Positions 11,646 through 24,589 of a stretch of 64,000 nucleotides of DNA are shown here, piece by piece. The translations under genes were made by a program, and so were the position numbers. Each line of letters opens with the position of its first letter. Within the stretch, counting starts at the first letter, position 1. Below the pieces are notes generated by a model, which saw only the letters and a list, made by a program, of their open reading frames with translations, was not told where the DNA came from and made no database searches. The DNA comes from Glaucostegus cemiculus (taxonomy: Eukaryota). The DNA lies in NCBI GenBank assembly GCA_976551045.1, contig CDPCPM010000063.1:7192001-7256000 (forward strand), read 5' to 3'.

Positions 11646-12268
11646 ATGACATCCCCTTTGGCAAAATATCGGATGGCCTTCCATCCTTTGGAAATACCTC
11701 GGACTGATCAACTTCACTGAAGGTCAAAGTTTCATGCGTGGGTGTTGACGTGTGGTACAAGATGGTAACAAGTGGGAAGGGTTAGGGTTACCCGAACCCT
11801 AAAGCATACTGAACTCATTCCATTCCAAGGAGTGGGTGGAAACCTGAAACTATTCCACGCCGCAGCCACAGTTGAATGCTGGACGCAGGAGGAAAGGGGA
11901 CAAATGGAGGTAGACTCATCACAGCCTCACTGCTCTCATTTCTCCAAAGGTACAGTGTTGGCACTAATCCCAGCTCCTGTAGAACAAGCTGAAAATCTGC
12001 TCCTGTGCAAAAATGTACATTAGCAACATAGTCACTTAGGTTAGTATTTAAATGCTCATTTCCTTGGTATTTTTGAGTAAAACTAAATTTGATGTAATAT
12101 GAAATTCATAATGGCATTCAAAGTCTTAGCCAACCCAAGCCCCACTAATGCACCATTTAATAATTGGTTTTAAATCTGATTCAGTGAGCACCACTTTAAG
12201 GTTGAAATGACCCCAAAACCAATAAAACAAAGCACCCTGGATCCAAATTTAAAAGAAAGTCAGAATTA

Positions 12269-12475
<207 letters not shown>

Positions 12476-13267
12476 TTAGCCTTGTTGACTGTGCCACTGT
12501 CAATTTCTTCCCCATGGTTTACTCTCTCTCTCTCCTGGGTTATTCTCATGGGTTGCCTCTCCAGCTACATTCTGCAAAGGAGGATTCTGCAGTCTCCCAG
12601 TATTTGGAATAGTGCAGCGTTTCCAAGAGTTGGAAGCAATATTCCAACACCAGATACTTCACCTCTTCCAAAAAAAAAATCAAAATTAAATGATTAGGAA
12701 CCCAAGTTCCAATTCATAGCTCCCTCTGAGTATGAAGGTCACCTGGTGGGGGTTAGAGGGGTACTCATACTTATTCCTTCAGAGAAAGAACACTTTTATT
12801 TAAGGGAAGCTAACTGCATTAAAATGTGGATGTGCCAGTGATGTAAAAATCAGCTGGTGGATTTGGCTGGGACTGAAGAACAGCTCTCTGGGACTTTAAT
12901 CAATGGGGTCCAAGTGGAGTCTTTCTCTGTGCCTCACTCCTGTCTGCACAGCCAAGGAGGTCAGACTCAGGCATGAGTGGATCATGGCAATGGCTCTGGC
13001 CAATCTCCGGCCCTTCTTATCTCAAAGAAGGACTTGCATTTATATAGAATCTTTCAGGATATTGTGCAATTTAGTGCAAATTACACACCTTCAGAAGTGG
13101 AGTCACTAACAATGTAGGAAACAAGGCTGCTGGTAAATTGCCACAAGCACCAGTATGATAGTTACTAGATGATCTGGTTCAGTAATAACTTCCTTTTTAA
13201 ATATTAAATATTAACTATATAAATCCCACCCACCTCTGCTTTTTAAAATAATGCAGATTATACAGAG

Positions 13268-14130
13268 GGTGGCGTGGAGGTGCAGCAGTTAGTGCTGCTG
13301 TCCAACAGCTCCAGTAACCTGGGTTCAATCCTGATAGCTTGAATATTGAATTCTCCAATTTCAGGTAAACCGCTCCCTCTCTGTCCCTTTTCTCTCTCCT
13401 CCTGATCTACTCTACCCAGTTCTTCCTACAATCACCTCAGGCCCCCATCCTCTTTCCCCTCCCCCACTCACACCATCTGCCCATCACCCATGCATCCTCC
13501 TACTGGGTCCACTCCCCCAACTGTTCCCACCTGCCCACCCCACCCTCCTTTCCTATTGGATTCCATCATCTGCAGCCCTTTGTTGCCTCCACCAATCACC
13601 TCCCAGCTTCTGTCACTAGTTCCACTCTCCCCTCCTCCATTTGCCTTTCACCCCTCCTCACCTAGATCCACTTATCACTTGCCGGCTCTTCCTCCATCCC
13701 TTCCCCTCACCTCATTACACTGGCTATCTCCCCTCTTTCAGTCCAGATGAAGGGTCTCAACCTGAAACTTGGACTGTCCATTTCCCTCCACAGATGCTGC
13801 CTGACCCACCGAGTTACTACAGCTTCTTGTTTGTTGCTCTCAACCCTGACCTTGGGTGCTGTCTGTGTGGAGTTTGTACATTCTCCCTGTGACCCTGTGG
13901 GTTTCTCCCAGGCACACCAGTTTCCTCCCACATCCCAAAGACATGCAGTGAGTCATTAGACCACTGCAAATTGCTCCTCAGGGTTAGTGAGTGGCAAAAG
14001 AATCAAACAAAGGGGACAGCTGTTGGGCATGCAAGAGTGAATCCGTTGCAGGAGTGTGGAGAAATAAGTCAAGGGGAATGTGATTGCTCACCTGGGAGAT
14101 AGCATGCTCCCAATAGTCTCCTGTGTCAGA
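13268..14130 (+). mobile_element. V-SINE split by a Penelope insertion
   Basis: Head 13268-13334 ends in B-box gggttcaatcctga; the body resumes at about 13840 with tcaaccctgaccttgggtgctgtctgtgtggagtttg. Confidence 0.8.
13335..13839 (+). mobile_element. Penelope-like element 3' end with hammerhead motif and 10-bp TSD
   Basis: Starts with ORF end LNIEFSNFR*, then pyrimidine-rich UTR, hammerhead motif at 13739-13776; TSD tcaatcctga / tcaaccctga. Confidence 0.75.
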
Positions 14131-14269
14131 ATACACGAGAGCAAGCAATGCCTTAAATTAATATGCCATCCAAAGACAGCACTTGTCCTTTCTCCTGACC
14201 TCTTTTGGGTACTCAGCCAATTTACACTGAAAAGCCAAGATTTTTCTGCTCTGGAGCAGCATTTGAACC

Positions 14270-14705
14270 CACACCTTCTGACTGGTTGCATCATGGTCTG
14301 GCAGTTCGAATGCACAGGAACATAAGCTGTAGAAAGTAGTGGACTGTGCCCAATACATTACTGTCACATCCATCCCCACCATTGGTAGTATCTACATCAG
14401 GCACCACCTCAAGAAGGCAACCTCTATCATCAAAGATCCCCACCATTTGGGCTATGCCTGTACAAACCTAATCACTACCTCAGTATAGCAACACTATGAC
14501 CACTTTGACTAAAGTGGACCCCATGCAGTCACAACTCAGGTTTTGTTCTAATTTTCTTTCTTGTAAAAATCGTATATATGTTTAATTCATGCTTTTCTTG
14601 TGAATGCTGCTGATATGTTGCTATGTGCCTGTGATTCTGCTGCAAGTAAGTTTTTCCTTACACCTGTACATGTACTTGTGCATATGACAATAATCTTGAC
14701 TTTGA
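14270..14705 (+). mobile_element. Rex1/Babar-type LINE 3' fragment
   Basis: LTGCIMVW, KVVDCAQYIT, IIKDPHHLG remnants; tail gtgcatatgacaataatcttgactttga. Confidence 0.75.
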
Positions 14706-15352
14706 TTTAGAATCTGAAATGCTCCCCATGCAGTCACAACCCAGGCCTTGTCCAAAACCCGTCCTAGAGGTCTGGGCAGTTCTCTTCTGCAAGTGGTCAC
14801 CACATGCCCACATACTCTTCAGAGAGAGTGGGTAGTTCAGAGGATGGACAAGCAAGCAAACCTTTACAGGAATGAATACAGGAATGCTGTTAAAGAATAA
14901 AGGAAATTGGGTGCGTGGGGCTCTGAAGAGAGGAGGCGCAAAGGAGGGCAAGGACGAGAGAAAGGAGTGTGTCAAGGAAAAGATCTGAGAAGCCCAAAGG
15001 TACTTGGGTCGGTAGGTTATTTGGCCACTGTAAATTGACCCTGGTGTGTGGGTGAGTGGTGGAATATGGGTAAGTTGATGGGAATGTGGGAGAAGAAAAT
15101 GGGAGAGTAAATGTGTCACTGATGGTTGGCGCAGTTTCAGTGTGCCAAAGGGCCTGTTTCTGTGCTGTTATAACTCTATAAAAGTTGAAGGAATCAATGA
15201 GGCTAATGGAAGGTAGGAACTCAAGACACCCTTACCACCCACAAGAATTCAATAAGGGGAAGAGATGTACAGAAGGGGAAGGGACACACTGAGACATTGA
15301 GGAATGGAGGGGAGGCAGGAGAAGATGTGATACATTCAATCCCAATGTGTTT

Positions 15353-15481
15353 NNNNNNNNNNNNNNNNNNNNNNNNNNNNNNNNNNNNNNNNNNNNNNNN
15401 NNNNNNNNNNNNNNNNNNNNNNNNNNNNNNNNNNNNNNNNNNNNNNNNNNNNNNNNNNNNNNNNNNNNNNNNNNNNNNNNN
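15353..15481. other. Assembly gap (129 N) in BMP6 intron 5
   Basis: Run of N. Confidence 1.
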
Positions 15482-16499
15482 ATAGCAGGGAGTTAGACGT
15501 GCTCCATAGTGAATAGTGTGAGCACACAAATCAGGGTCAACTTTCCAAGTACTATAAACAGCTCAGATGTTAACTACTCGCAATCCCTGGGGTAATTGAT
15601 GTCTGGACTTGGGACAGAGCCATCAAGGGGCCGAACCACCCCCATCTAGTGCCATAAGTTACAAAGCTGCACAAGGGCTGAAATGTTTCATCCCCTCGGA
15701 TACTGGGCAGTGAGAACGGGATAGATTTACACTTGGCCAGGTCAGCTGGAAATATTCCAATTTGCCTAGTGTCGAGGAAGATACACTTTATGAACCAGGT
15801 ACATGGTAAATGCTTAAAATAATTTCCAATACACTAAATTACAATCTAGACTGCACTGCATGGAAGGCCTGTGGAAGCACATTCAACGGTTGGTTTCAAA
15901 GGAAAAAGTATTGGAGTTCTGAGGAAAGAGTGGAGGAGCGGGACAGATCTAGCAAAGAGCTAGCACAGTGATTTTAGGTCAAAGGGCCTCCTGTGTTGTA
16001 TTACAGCACACTTCCATATACAAAACTCATCTGACACCAAGATTATCTCTCCGTGCCCATCCTAGATCTTGGACCAACCAGGCCGGTCAATGCTGATCTC
16101 AGGAAATAACATTGCTGGCCACATGCCTCTTCCATACAATTGAGACAATATCTCCAATCACTCTCTCCGAATGTTGGCTTCAGTCAGTATGCTGAAGATT
16201 TTACATCCAATACTCTCAGCCACAGGCTCCCGGTTGGAAGATTCTGTTCCCGTGCTGAGACTTGAACACAGTAGTCCAGGCTGACATCCCAGAGCAGTGC
16301 AGTGCCGTACAGAGGGCTTGGCGGTGCTGGCTTTCAGATGAGGTACTAAACCAAGTTTCTGGCTGCTCTCTCAGGCGAGCGATCCTACAGCGGTGATGTG
16401 AAGCTGGGCAGGGGCGTGCAAGTCGATACATTAAGTCCTTGTTATTTATGAGGGACAAGGGAGTGGGCTTCCTAGGGATAAATGTGGATACCACCAAGG

Positions 16500-17135
16500 T
16501 CGCTGGCAATGACACAGTGAACAGTAGGGCCTGGGGAGTGTTGTAGAACAGAAGGACCTAGGAGTCCAAGCACATGGTTCACTGAAAGTGGCGTCGCAGA
16601 TAGACAGGGTGATGAAGGCGGCTTTTGGCACGCTGGCCTCCATCAGTCAGGGCACTGAGTACAGAAGTTGGGATGTTATGTTGCAGTTGTACAAGACGTT
16701 GGTGAGGCTGCATTTGGAATATTGTGTTCAGTTTTGGTCACCCTGCTACAGGAAGGATGCCAATAAGCTGGAAAGAGTGCAGAGGACATTTACAAGGATG
16801 TTGCCAGGATATGGGGGGCTGAGTTATGGAGAGAGACTGAGCAGGTTAGGACTTTATTCATTAGAGCATAGGAGAATGAGGGGTGACATTATAGAGGTGT
16901 ATAAAATCAAGAGGGGCATAGATAGGGTCAATATGCACAGTCTTTTTCTCAGGACTGAGGAATCAAGAACTGAGGGCAAAGGTTTAAGGTGACAGGGGAG
17001 GCATTTAATAGGAGCCCAAGGGACAAATTTTTCACCCAGAGGGTGGTCAGTATATGGAACGAGCTGCCAGGGGAAGTGGCTGAGGCAGCTACATTAGCAA
17101 CATTTAAAAAGGTACTTGGACAGGTACATGGATAC
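16500..17135 (+). mobile_element. CR1 LINE RT 3' fragment (preceded by a DeuSINE head at about 16215-16435)
   Basis: ORF 16588-16992: [42 protein letters not shown]. Confidence 0.88.
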
Positions 17136-17489
17136 TCTTCAAATTGCCTGGGCAGAGAAAACAGCAAACAGGAAAAGACGCACATTGCAAATCGTGTGAC
17201 AACATAGCCAAGCTGTTGAGAGGAGGATGTAAACTGTAAATGTGAGGGAACGTGAATGGTCAGAGAATAAGCTGGCAGCATGAGATAGCAACTTTTTAAA
17301 CGGAAAGCCTAAGATCAGATCACACAACAGCAGCAATAGGCAGAGACAAGAACCTGACCTCTGTATGTCAGTGGTTAACTACTGAGGCTGATCAAATAGC
17401 AGTAACTAAGTAAATCAGCTTATAAAATCCTCCATTCCCTCACAAGTATGTCACACCTCTTATACAGTATTCTGTATCTCCTTATGACA

Positions 17490-17770
17490 CGGGAGATGGC
17501 CATTTGGCTCATCGAGTCTATGCCAGCTCACAGAGCAATCCCATTCATTTTTGCTGTAACCTATTCTCCCCACTTTCCCATCAATTCCACCAGCTACTTA
17601 TGACAGGGGCATTGTACAGTGGTCAATTAACCTAGCACCTCTTAAGAACATGGGAGGAAACCCACACGGTCACAGGGAGTACGTGCAAACTCCACACAGA
17701 CAGCACCAGAGGTCAGGATTGAACTAAGGTTACTGAAGCTCTGGGACAACAGCTCTACCAGAGTGCCGTC
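17490..17770 (-). mobile_element. V-SINE
   Basis: Reverse complement of V-domain (gcaaactccacacagacagcac) and B-box (ggattgaac). Confidence 0.7.
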
Positions 17771-18664
17771 CGCAGTAAGCACAAATACACTCTTTCAGCA
17801 CCATCCAAGAGATTATTGACTTGCCAAGTGTTTCCAGCATTTTCTGCTTCTATCTCAAGATTTCCAGCTTCAACTGGAATATTTTTGATTTTCAGAAAAT
17901 TGACCATTTTAGGATTGATTGAGGGGGAAAAATGTTAGCCGGGGAATTGAGAGGATTTGTGATTCCAAGAGATTGTTGAGGACTGTAAGACCCAGACAGA
18001 AAAGCAGGCAAGTGGGATCCTTGGTTTAGCACCTCTGTCGGGGACCAACATTCCTGACGATATTGGTGTTGAGCAGACTGGATGTTCCTGGAATGCATCA
18101 ATGTCCACTTTTGTCCTTCTGTTACTTGACAACAAACTGCATCAGTTTCCAGCAGGAGCTGCTCAACACAGCATGACAAGCTTAGAGCTCAAGGTGACTC
18201 CCACCCTCCCCCCTATCTCCCAGATCCACAGGTACAGAGGTCGATCACAGCAACTCCCATCTCCTGCTCCTGCATGGAATCACTCAGTGCAGGTCAGAGT
18301 TAAAAGTTAAGGACATTCCCTTTTTACATTGCTCAGTAACAAACCCAGCAGTGCAATACCCACCAGACAATGTTATCTGGATGGGGTGGGGAGGTTTCTG
18401 AGGAACTATTAACATAACCACTTTAGCAAAACAGCATGTGGTATATTGCAACACTACTGCTAAGTACAGCAGCTCTGAAGTATTCATGCTTTCCAGCAGA
18501 AGTAGATAGTTTAAATTCTTCCAAAAAGCAACCTGCAGGTAGTTCTGAAAAATGTGTCCTGAAGCTGCTTACCTACATTACCATGGAGATGGAAAATAAC
18601 TTACCACTCACACTGAGAAGCACAGCCAACCATGTTTTTTTAGTATGAAAATCTTAAAAGAAAA

Positions 18665-19535
18665 TAGAAACGTGAAATAAAAATAGAAAATGCTGGAAAT
18701 GCTCAGCAGGTCAGGTGACATCTGTGGATAGAGAAACCCAACTGGAAAAGAGAGAAAACACGTTAACTTTAAGTTGTAGAGAGGATGGTGGAGGGATGGG
18801 TAGGACAAAGGGAATATCTGTGATAGGGTGAGGTCAGGGTTGCAGCGAGGATAAATTGCAGCGACCATCTGGGGGAAGCAGTCAGAGAGAAAGAAAATTA
18901 ACAAAAGCTATGAAACAAAGTGGCTTAGAGAATGAGAATACAAACAAAGGTGCAAAATGCAGTGCTGTATGCTCCTCTGCATACTTTGTATGTATGTGGT
19001 TGTGACAATAAAACTGATTCTGATTCTGACTTGCCTGGTAAGTCAGACTGTGCTAATGGGGAAAGAAAATGTAGCTGATGCCACAGATGAATAACCTACA
19101 GCAGAAGGAACCAGTTCTAAGGTAGAGAGAGTAAGTGAGCTCCCTCAAGTTGTAGAATTCACTGTCAAGTCCGGAAAGCTGAATGTGCCCACGAAGAAAT
19201 GAGGTGCTTTTCCTCATTGTAACAGTATCGAAGGCCAGAGAAAGATAGTGAGGGAGTGCAATGGAGAATTAAAATGGCAGGCAACAGACAGCTGAATCAC
19301 CCTAACTGAATGAACACAGTCCCCCATCTGCATTTGGTTTCGGGAGACTACACTGAACACAGTGCACTGGAGTGGAAGGAAACAATCCCTTCCTCACCTT
19401 CTCTGCAAGTTAAAATGAGCTAGTTTTCTCTCATTCCTACTTCTGATGAAGAGTCTTGGACCCGCCATGTTAACTCAGTTTCTCTTTCCACAGATGCTGC
19501 CTGACCTGCTGAGTGTTTCCAACATTTTGTTTTCT
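18665..19535 (-). mobile_element. Penelope-like element with GIY-YIG remnant and inverted terminal pLTR
   Basis: Minus-strand VACHFNSPLHS..EEKHLI at about 19200-19290; the pLTR at 18665-18770 is mirrored by an inverted copy at about 19400-19535 carrying ctgatgaa-gagtcttggaccc. Confidence 0.7.
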
Positions 19536-19719
19536 AACGTTTGGTTACACTGCTCCAGAAAGAATTCCACCTAAGGCAGCAGGCAATTCCACCAGAATCT
19601 AGCACGTTGTTTCCTATGACCCCTATGGATACAACACCATGATGAAATACAGTAGCTGTGGGGGGCAAAACTCAGTATACTCCATGGTACCAGATAGGAT
19701 ACCATGCTATCAGAATAAG

Positions 19720-20105
19720 GTGGGTTCATTTCTTTGGAGCAGAAAAGATTGAGTAGACCCAATTAAATTATATAAAATTATGAGGGGAATATATTGGGTA
19801 AACAGTGAGAAACCTATCCCCATAGCAGAGGTTTCTCCGACCCGAGGGCATAGGTGAGGGGGGAGGAGATTCAGAGGGGATTTGAGGAAGAATATTTTCA
19901 CCCAGAGGGTGATTGGGAACTGGAACTCACTGTCAGAGAGTGGTGGAGGCAGGTAATCTCTGAGCATTTAACATTTGTTTGAGGATTTGAAATTCTATGG
20001 CGTGGAAGGAATAGGTTGAGTGTAGGAATTCGGATTAATATAGATAGGTGCATGATAGCTGGACAGACATGATGGGCTGAAGGGCCTGTTTCCGTGCTGA
20101 ATGAC
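19720..20105 (+). mobile_element. CR1 LINE 3' end
   Basis: YKIMRGI, FTQRVIGNWNSL, tail gggctgaagggcctgtttccgtgctg. Confidence 0.8.
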
Positions 20106-20377
20106 AACAGGAATTCAGGGCTAACTGCGCTTGTCTGATCTTGTTGCCATTACCATGGCTTCTCTGTCACTAGACATCAAGAAACAGCCATGATTGAATG
20201 GTGGAGCAGACTCAATGGGCCAAATGGCCTAATTCAGCTCCTATATCTTATCTTATGATCAGACATTCAAGAGACAGGAGCCTACATTTTACTGAGTGGA
20301 AGTGGCTGGGTGGGGTTAGGTGGCTGCAGAGGAGAGAAAGAAAAGTCACTGTATTTTGAGAAGGAATATTCTCCAAA

Positions 20378-20670
20378 GGGCTGCGAGGTGGAGCAGTGGG
20401 TAGTGGCTGCTGCCAAACAGCTCCAGTAACCCAGCTTCAATCCTGACTTCCGGTGCTGTCTGTGCGGAGTTTGCACGTTCTCCCTGTGACCGGTTGTGAT
20501 TCCAACCCCCACCCCCCCACCCCACAACTCCACCCCGGTGCTTCAACTTTCTCCCAAATCCCAAAGAGGTGGTAAGTTATTTGCCAATACAACTTACACC
20601 TTGGAGTAGCATAATGGCAAAAAGTAGTAACAGGGAGTTGGTGGACATGTGTGAGGGAGAACACAGGGTA
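20378..20670 (+). mobile_element. V-SINE
   Basis: tRNA head, cttcaatcctgac, gtgctgtctgtgcggagtttgcacgttctccctgtgacc. Confidence 0.7.
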
Positions 20671-22219
20671 CAGCTTCAAACACTCTTTTCCTCAATCGAC
20701 CAAAGCTTGTGCTGGTGCATTAAGAGCAGGGTGGATTTCATTGTGGATGTCTGCCTTCACCAGGAGGTGGCTCCAGAATGTCCAGGGTCTTACCCTGAAC
20801 CTTTATTGTTGGGAGGGCAATGTGGTGCAGTGAAGGAAGGTTAGTGGAATCCTTACCCCGAGTAAATGTCCACTTATCCTCAACCCTCTCAAAGGAAAGG
20901 AAACCGCTTTCAGCATCTACTTCCAATCCCACTCAGAATCTTGTTAGCCTCCATATCAACTGCCTCCCCCTTCCAGTATAATATCTGCAAATTGGAGCTG
21001 TTTACATTGGTCTTTAAAGTCAATTGATATTATAAGAAAGTTGGGGCTACTGTAGATGGAGAAATCTAGCTTTGGAAGAGGGACATTCGAAACAGACACA
21101 AAGTTGGAAGCGTTATTTACAATGCATCAAGAGTGGCAGGATGAGTGGAAATGCTCACAGAATAAGTAGGAAAAAGTATTTGTTAAAGGGCAAATATTTG
21201 TTTCTAGAGTGATCATTTTGTGACACAGGTTCTTCACAGTCACAGTGAAAGTGCATTCACCGCAGGCCTTCAAAAAGGAGACAAGTGCTTGCTTGACGGG
21301 GCAGGACACCAAGTTTATGGATAACTTTCTCATGTAAATATATGGGCAAAAGCCAGAGATCAAAAGTGAGGATATGTAGAACAACTAAACATATTGATGA
21401 CAGACAACACTGGCATGAGGACAGTATGTAACTGTACATTCCCAATAACATAGTACAGTAGGTTGACCCTAGCAGAACAAAGTATGTGATCCAGACACCA
21501 AGAACTCTAAATAAAAGAAGCTTGGTCACTTGTTCTATAATTAGACTTAACAAGCCAGGGTCTAATTACCTATATTCTGGACTCAACCAGTTAACCATCT
21601 GTTATCTGTGAATGTTCCTGCAAGTGTAACCTCTGCCAGTATGCTACAGGGATAACTTAAGCAGAACTTAAACCAGGAACGACCACCTTCCTCATGTATT
21701 AATTGCCCACACAGTGTCCTGAGAGAAGTGTTCACCGAGAACTCTCTACAGGCTGCTTAGACTCTTTCCTCGCTTCTCCCAAATACTTAGTGACTCAGAA
21801 GTGGGGAAGGTGGAGTGAGGAGACAAAAGGCCCTCTCAGCCCCCTGCCCACAGATCTGGATGACACTCACCTTGAGCAACTTCTGTCCTCTCGGCCAATT
21901 TAGACTTCCTCTTGGATTACTAATACATCTAACCTGGAGCCTCTGTGTGAGCTCTGCCTCAATCATGGATCTCTCAAGGCATTCCCAAAGTTGGATGTGG
22001 AATGGCAAGTGATTAAATTTTTCACCTCTCTCTTTCAGGTCCTCCAACTTAGTTGGATACAGTCGCAGGGCAGCCCCTGACCAACACAGCTAAACCTATT
22101 TTTGTAACCTTTTATCAGCTTTCTGCTTGATTCAGTTAATCTCATTACCTTGCCCTCACACACACCTCACATACAATCCTGATACAGAAAAATCAAAGAC
22201 AGCTGGCCTTGATTTATAA

Positions 22220-22560
22220 AGTTGCACAGCATGGAAACAGGCCCTTCGGCTCACTGAGTCCATGCTGACCATCAACCATCCATTTACACTGACTCTACAT
22301 TATTCATCATACAATTATCATTCCCCTCACATTCTCATCAACTCTCGCCAGATTCTACCACTCACCTACAGTCCAGGGGTGATTTACAGTAGCCAATCTA
22401 CAAACCCACAGCTCTTTGGGATGTGGAAGGAGACCCGTCCACCCAGAGGAAACCCACACAATCACAGGGAGAATGTACAAACTCCAAACAGCATCTGAGG
22501 TCAAGATTTAACCCAAGTCCCTGGCATTGTGAGGCAGTGGCTCTACTGGCTGTACCACCA
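22220..22560 (-). mobile_element. V-SINE with CR1 tail
   Basis: cagcatggaaacaggcccttcggc tail; reverse V-domain. Confidence 0.75.
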
Positions 22561-22789
22561 GGTTAGGGCCTTCACATTAGGTTGGTTGAGATTTAGGGTT
22601 GGGTCAATTTATAGGGGGGCTTATCTTGTTGGTTAAGGTGATGGTGGATGCCACTTATCTCAAAGGCATCTTGTTGATGCTCTGAGAGAAAAAGATTTTG
22701 AGTTTACGTAGAACATACAGCCACTTCTGCAATCACTGTTATGATGTGCTAAGCAGAGTAACCAAATGACAGACTGCAAGATCCCATAT

Positions 22790-23470
22790 AACATTTTATA
22801 ATCGCTTTGGTATATCCATCTACCACAGCCTGGTATAGATATAATGACGCAATATCCAGCGTCCTTGGGTACAGAATTCCAAAGAGTCATAACCCAAAGA
22901 GAAGAAATTCCTCATTTCCTTCTTAATAGAACAGTACAACACAGGAATAGGCCCTTCAGCCCACAATGTTGTGTCAAACTAATTAAACTAGTAATTAAAT
23001 GCTTAACTACACCAATTCCTTCTGCCTATAAATTGTCCATATCCCTCCATCCTCTGCACATTCATGTGCCTATCTAGGAGCTTCTTAAACACCTCTATCA
23101 TATTTGCCTCCACTACCACCATGGCAGTGCATTCCAGGCACCCACCATTCTCTGTGGAAAAGAAAAACTTGTTCTGCACATCTCCTTTGAACTTACCCTC
23201 TCTCACCTTAAATGCATGCCCCCTAGTATTAGACATTTTGACCCTGGGAAAAAGACACCAGCTGCCTCCCCTGTCTATGCCTCTCATAATCTTATAAACT
23301 TCTACTAGGAAATGAATGACCCTTTATCCTAACACTGCTCCTGGTTCTAGATTCCCCTCCAGAGGAAATATTTTCACAGCATCCACCCTGGCAAGCACTT
23401 TTAGGATATACAGGCTTCAATAAAGTCACCTCTCATTGGCTCAAGCCCCAAAGAGCACAGGACCAGTGTA
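22790..23470 (-). mobile_element. Nested CR1 3' fragments (younger copy at about 22928-23310)
   Basis: MRGIDRG..LFPRVKMSNTRGHAFKVR; tail ctgtgttgtactgttcta. Confidence 0.8.
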
Positions 23471-23984
23471 CTCAAAGGCCAATGCACACAATGTGTTTAA
23501 TATCTGAGGTGAGATGGTTTCTTCATGCAGTCTTCAGTCCATTTATAGAAATGGACCACTTGGGTTTAGTAAAATGGGAAAGGGGATTGTGCTGTTGAAG
23601 GCACTGTCTGGGTAAGAGAGGACTACCAAGTGTGATTTAAATCCCAAACACGAATTGGCATCTAAAAGCCAGCACTGAGACTTTTACCCATTCTCTTTGA
23701 TTGCACCAACCTCAGTCTACACTTTTCCATCCTACTTCCTAACCTCTTGAGCCATGGATGCCAGATAGGGATAACTAGCATGTCACATTAGAGGTATTTG
23801 CAATGAACACCCTGTTAAAAATCAGATTTAGCACAACTATCTAGGCTGTAATAAATACACCTGAAGTCTATTTTGTTTGTGGGAAGGCATGTTCCCTGTT
23901 TCCTAGGAAATCTTTTGGCTGCAATGAGATTTAAGGAAACTAAAGAAAAGATAAACTAAAGATTCTTGAAAGATAATCCTCTTC

Positions 23985-24310
23985 CAATCAGAAAATACAA
24001 AAGCTTGAAAAAAAACACACCACCAGGCTCAAAGACAGCTTTTATCCCAATGTTATAAGACTCTTGAATGGACCTCTTGTACAATAAAGATGAACTTTTG
24101 ATCTCACAATCTACCTTGTTGTGGCTCTTGCACCTTATTGTCTACCTGCACTGCACTTTCTCTGTAACATTATATTCCGCATTCTGCTATTGGTTTTCCC
24201 TTTGTACTACCTCGATGTACTTATGTTTTGAAATGATCTGTATGGATGGCATGCAAAACAAAGTTTTTCACTGTATCTTGGTCTATGTGACAATAATAAA
24301 CCTATTACTA
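23985..24310 (+). mobile_element. Rex1/Babar LINE 3' tail
   Basis: TTRLKDSFYPNVIRLLNG followed by the UTR ctgcactgcactttctctgtaac..gtgacaataataaac. Confidence 0.75.
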
Positions 24311-24589
24311 ATTTATTAGATGTCCTTAATATGGATACTGGAGAAGTGAAACACAAATGGATTCCAGGAACTTGCTACTCTCTGCAACCTAATCCTTGTG
24401 GACAACCCAGCACTAGAGACTCATGTTTGCCCCTGTGAAGGGATCAATTTGGTGGGGGAGAGGGCCCTTCACCTGTTTCATGAAAGGGTATGTACATTAA
24501 TTATGCATGAATTTAAGAGACTGAATGTTGGCTGAACAATCTCCAAGAACACCTCAATTCTAATCCCATCCAGTCTTAACACTTGTGGA

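Noticed and set aside
15221-15529. ORFs spanning X residues
   Set aside because: Artefacts of the 129-N assembly gap.
16588-16992. Long ORFs 16588-16992, 33239-33923, 42973-43356 and 57120-57740 as host genes
   Set aside because: They are truncated, frameshifted ORF2 remnants of CR1, Rex/Babar and Tx1 LINEs.
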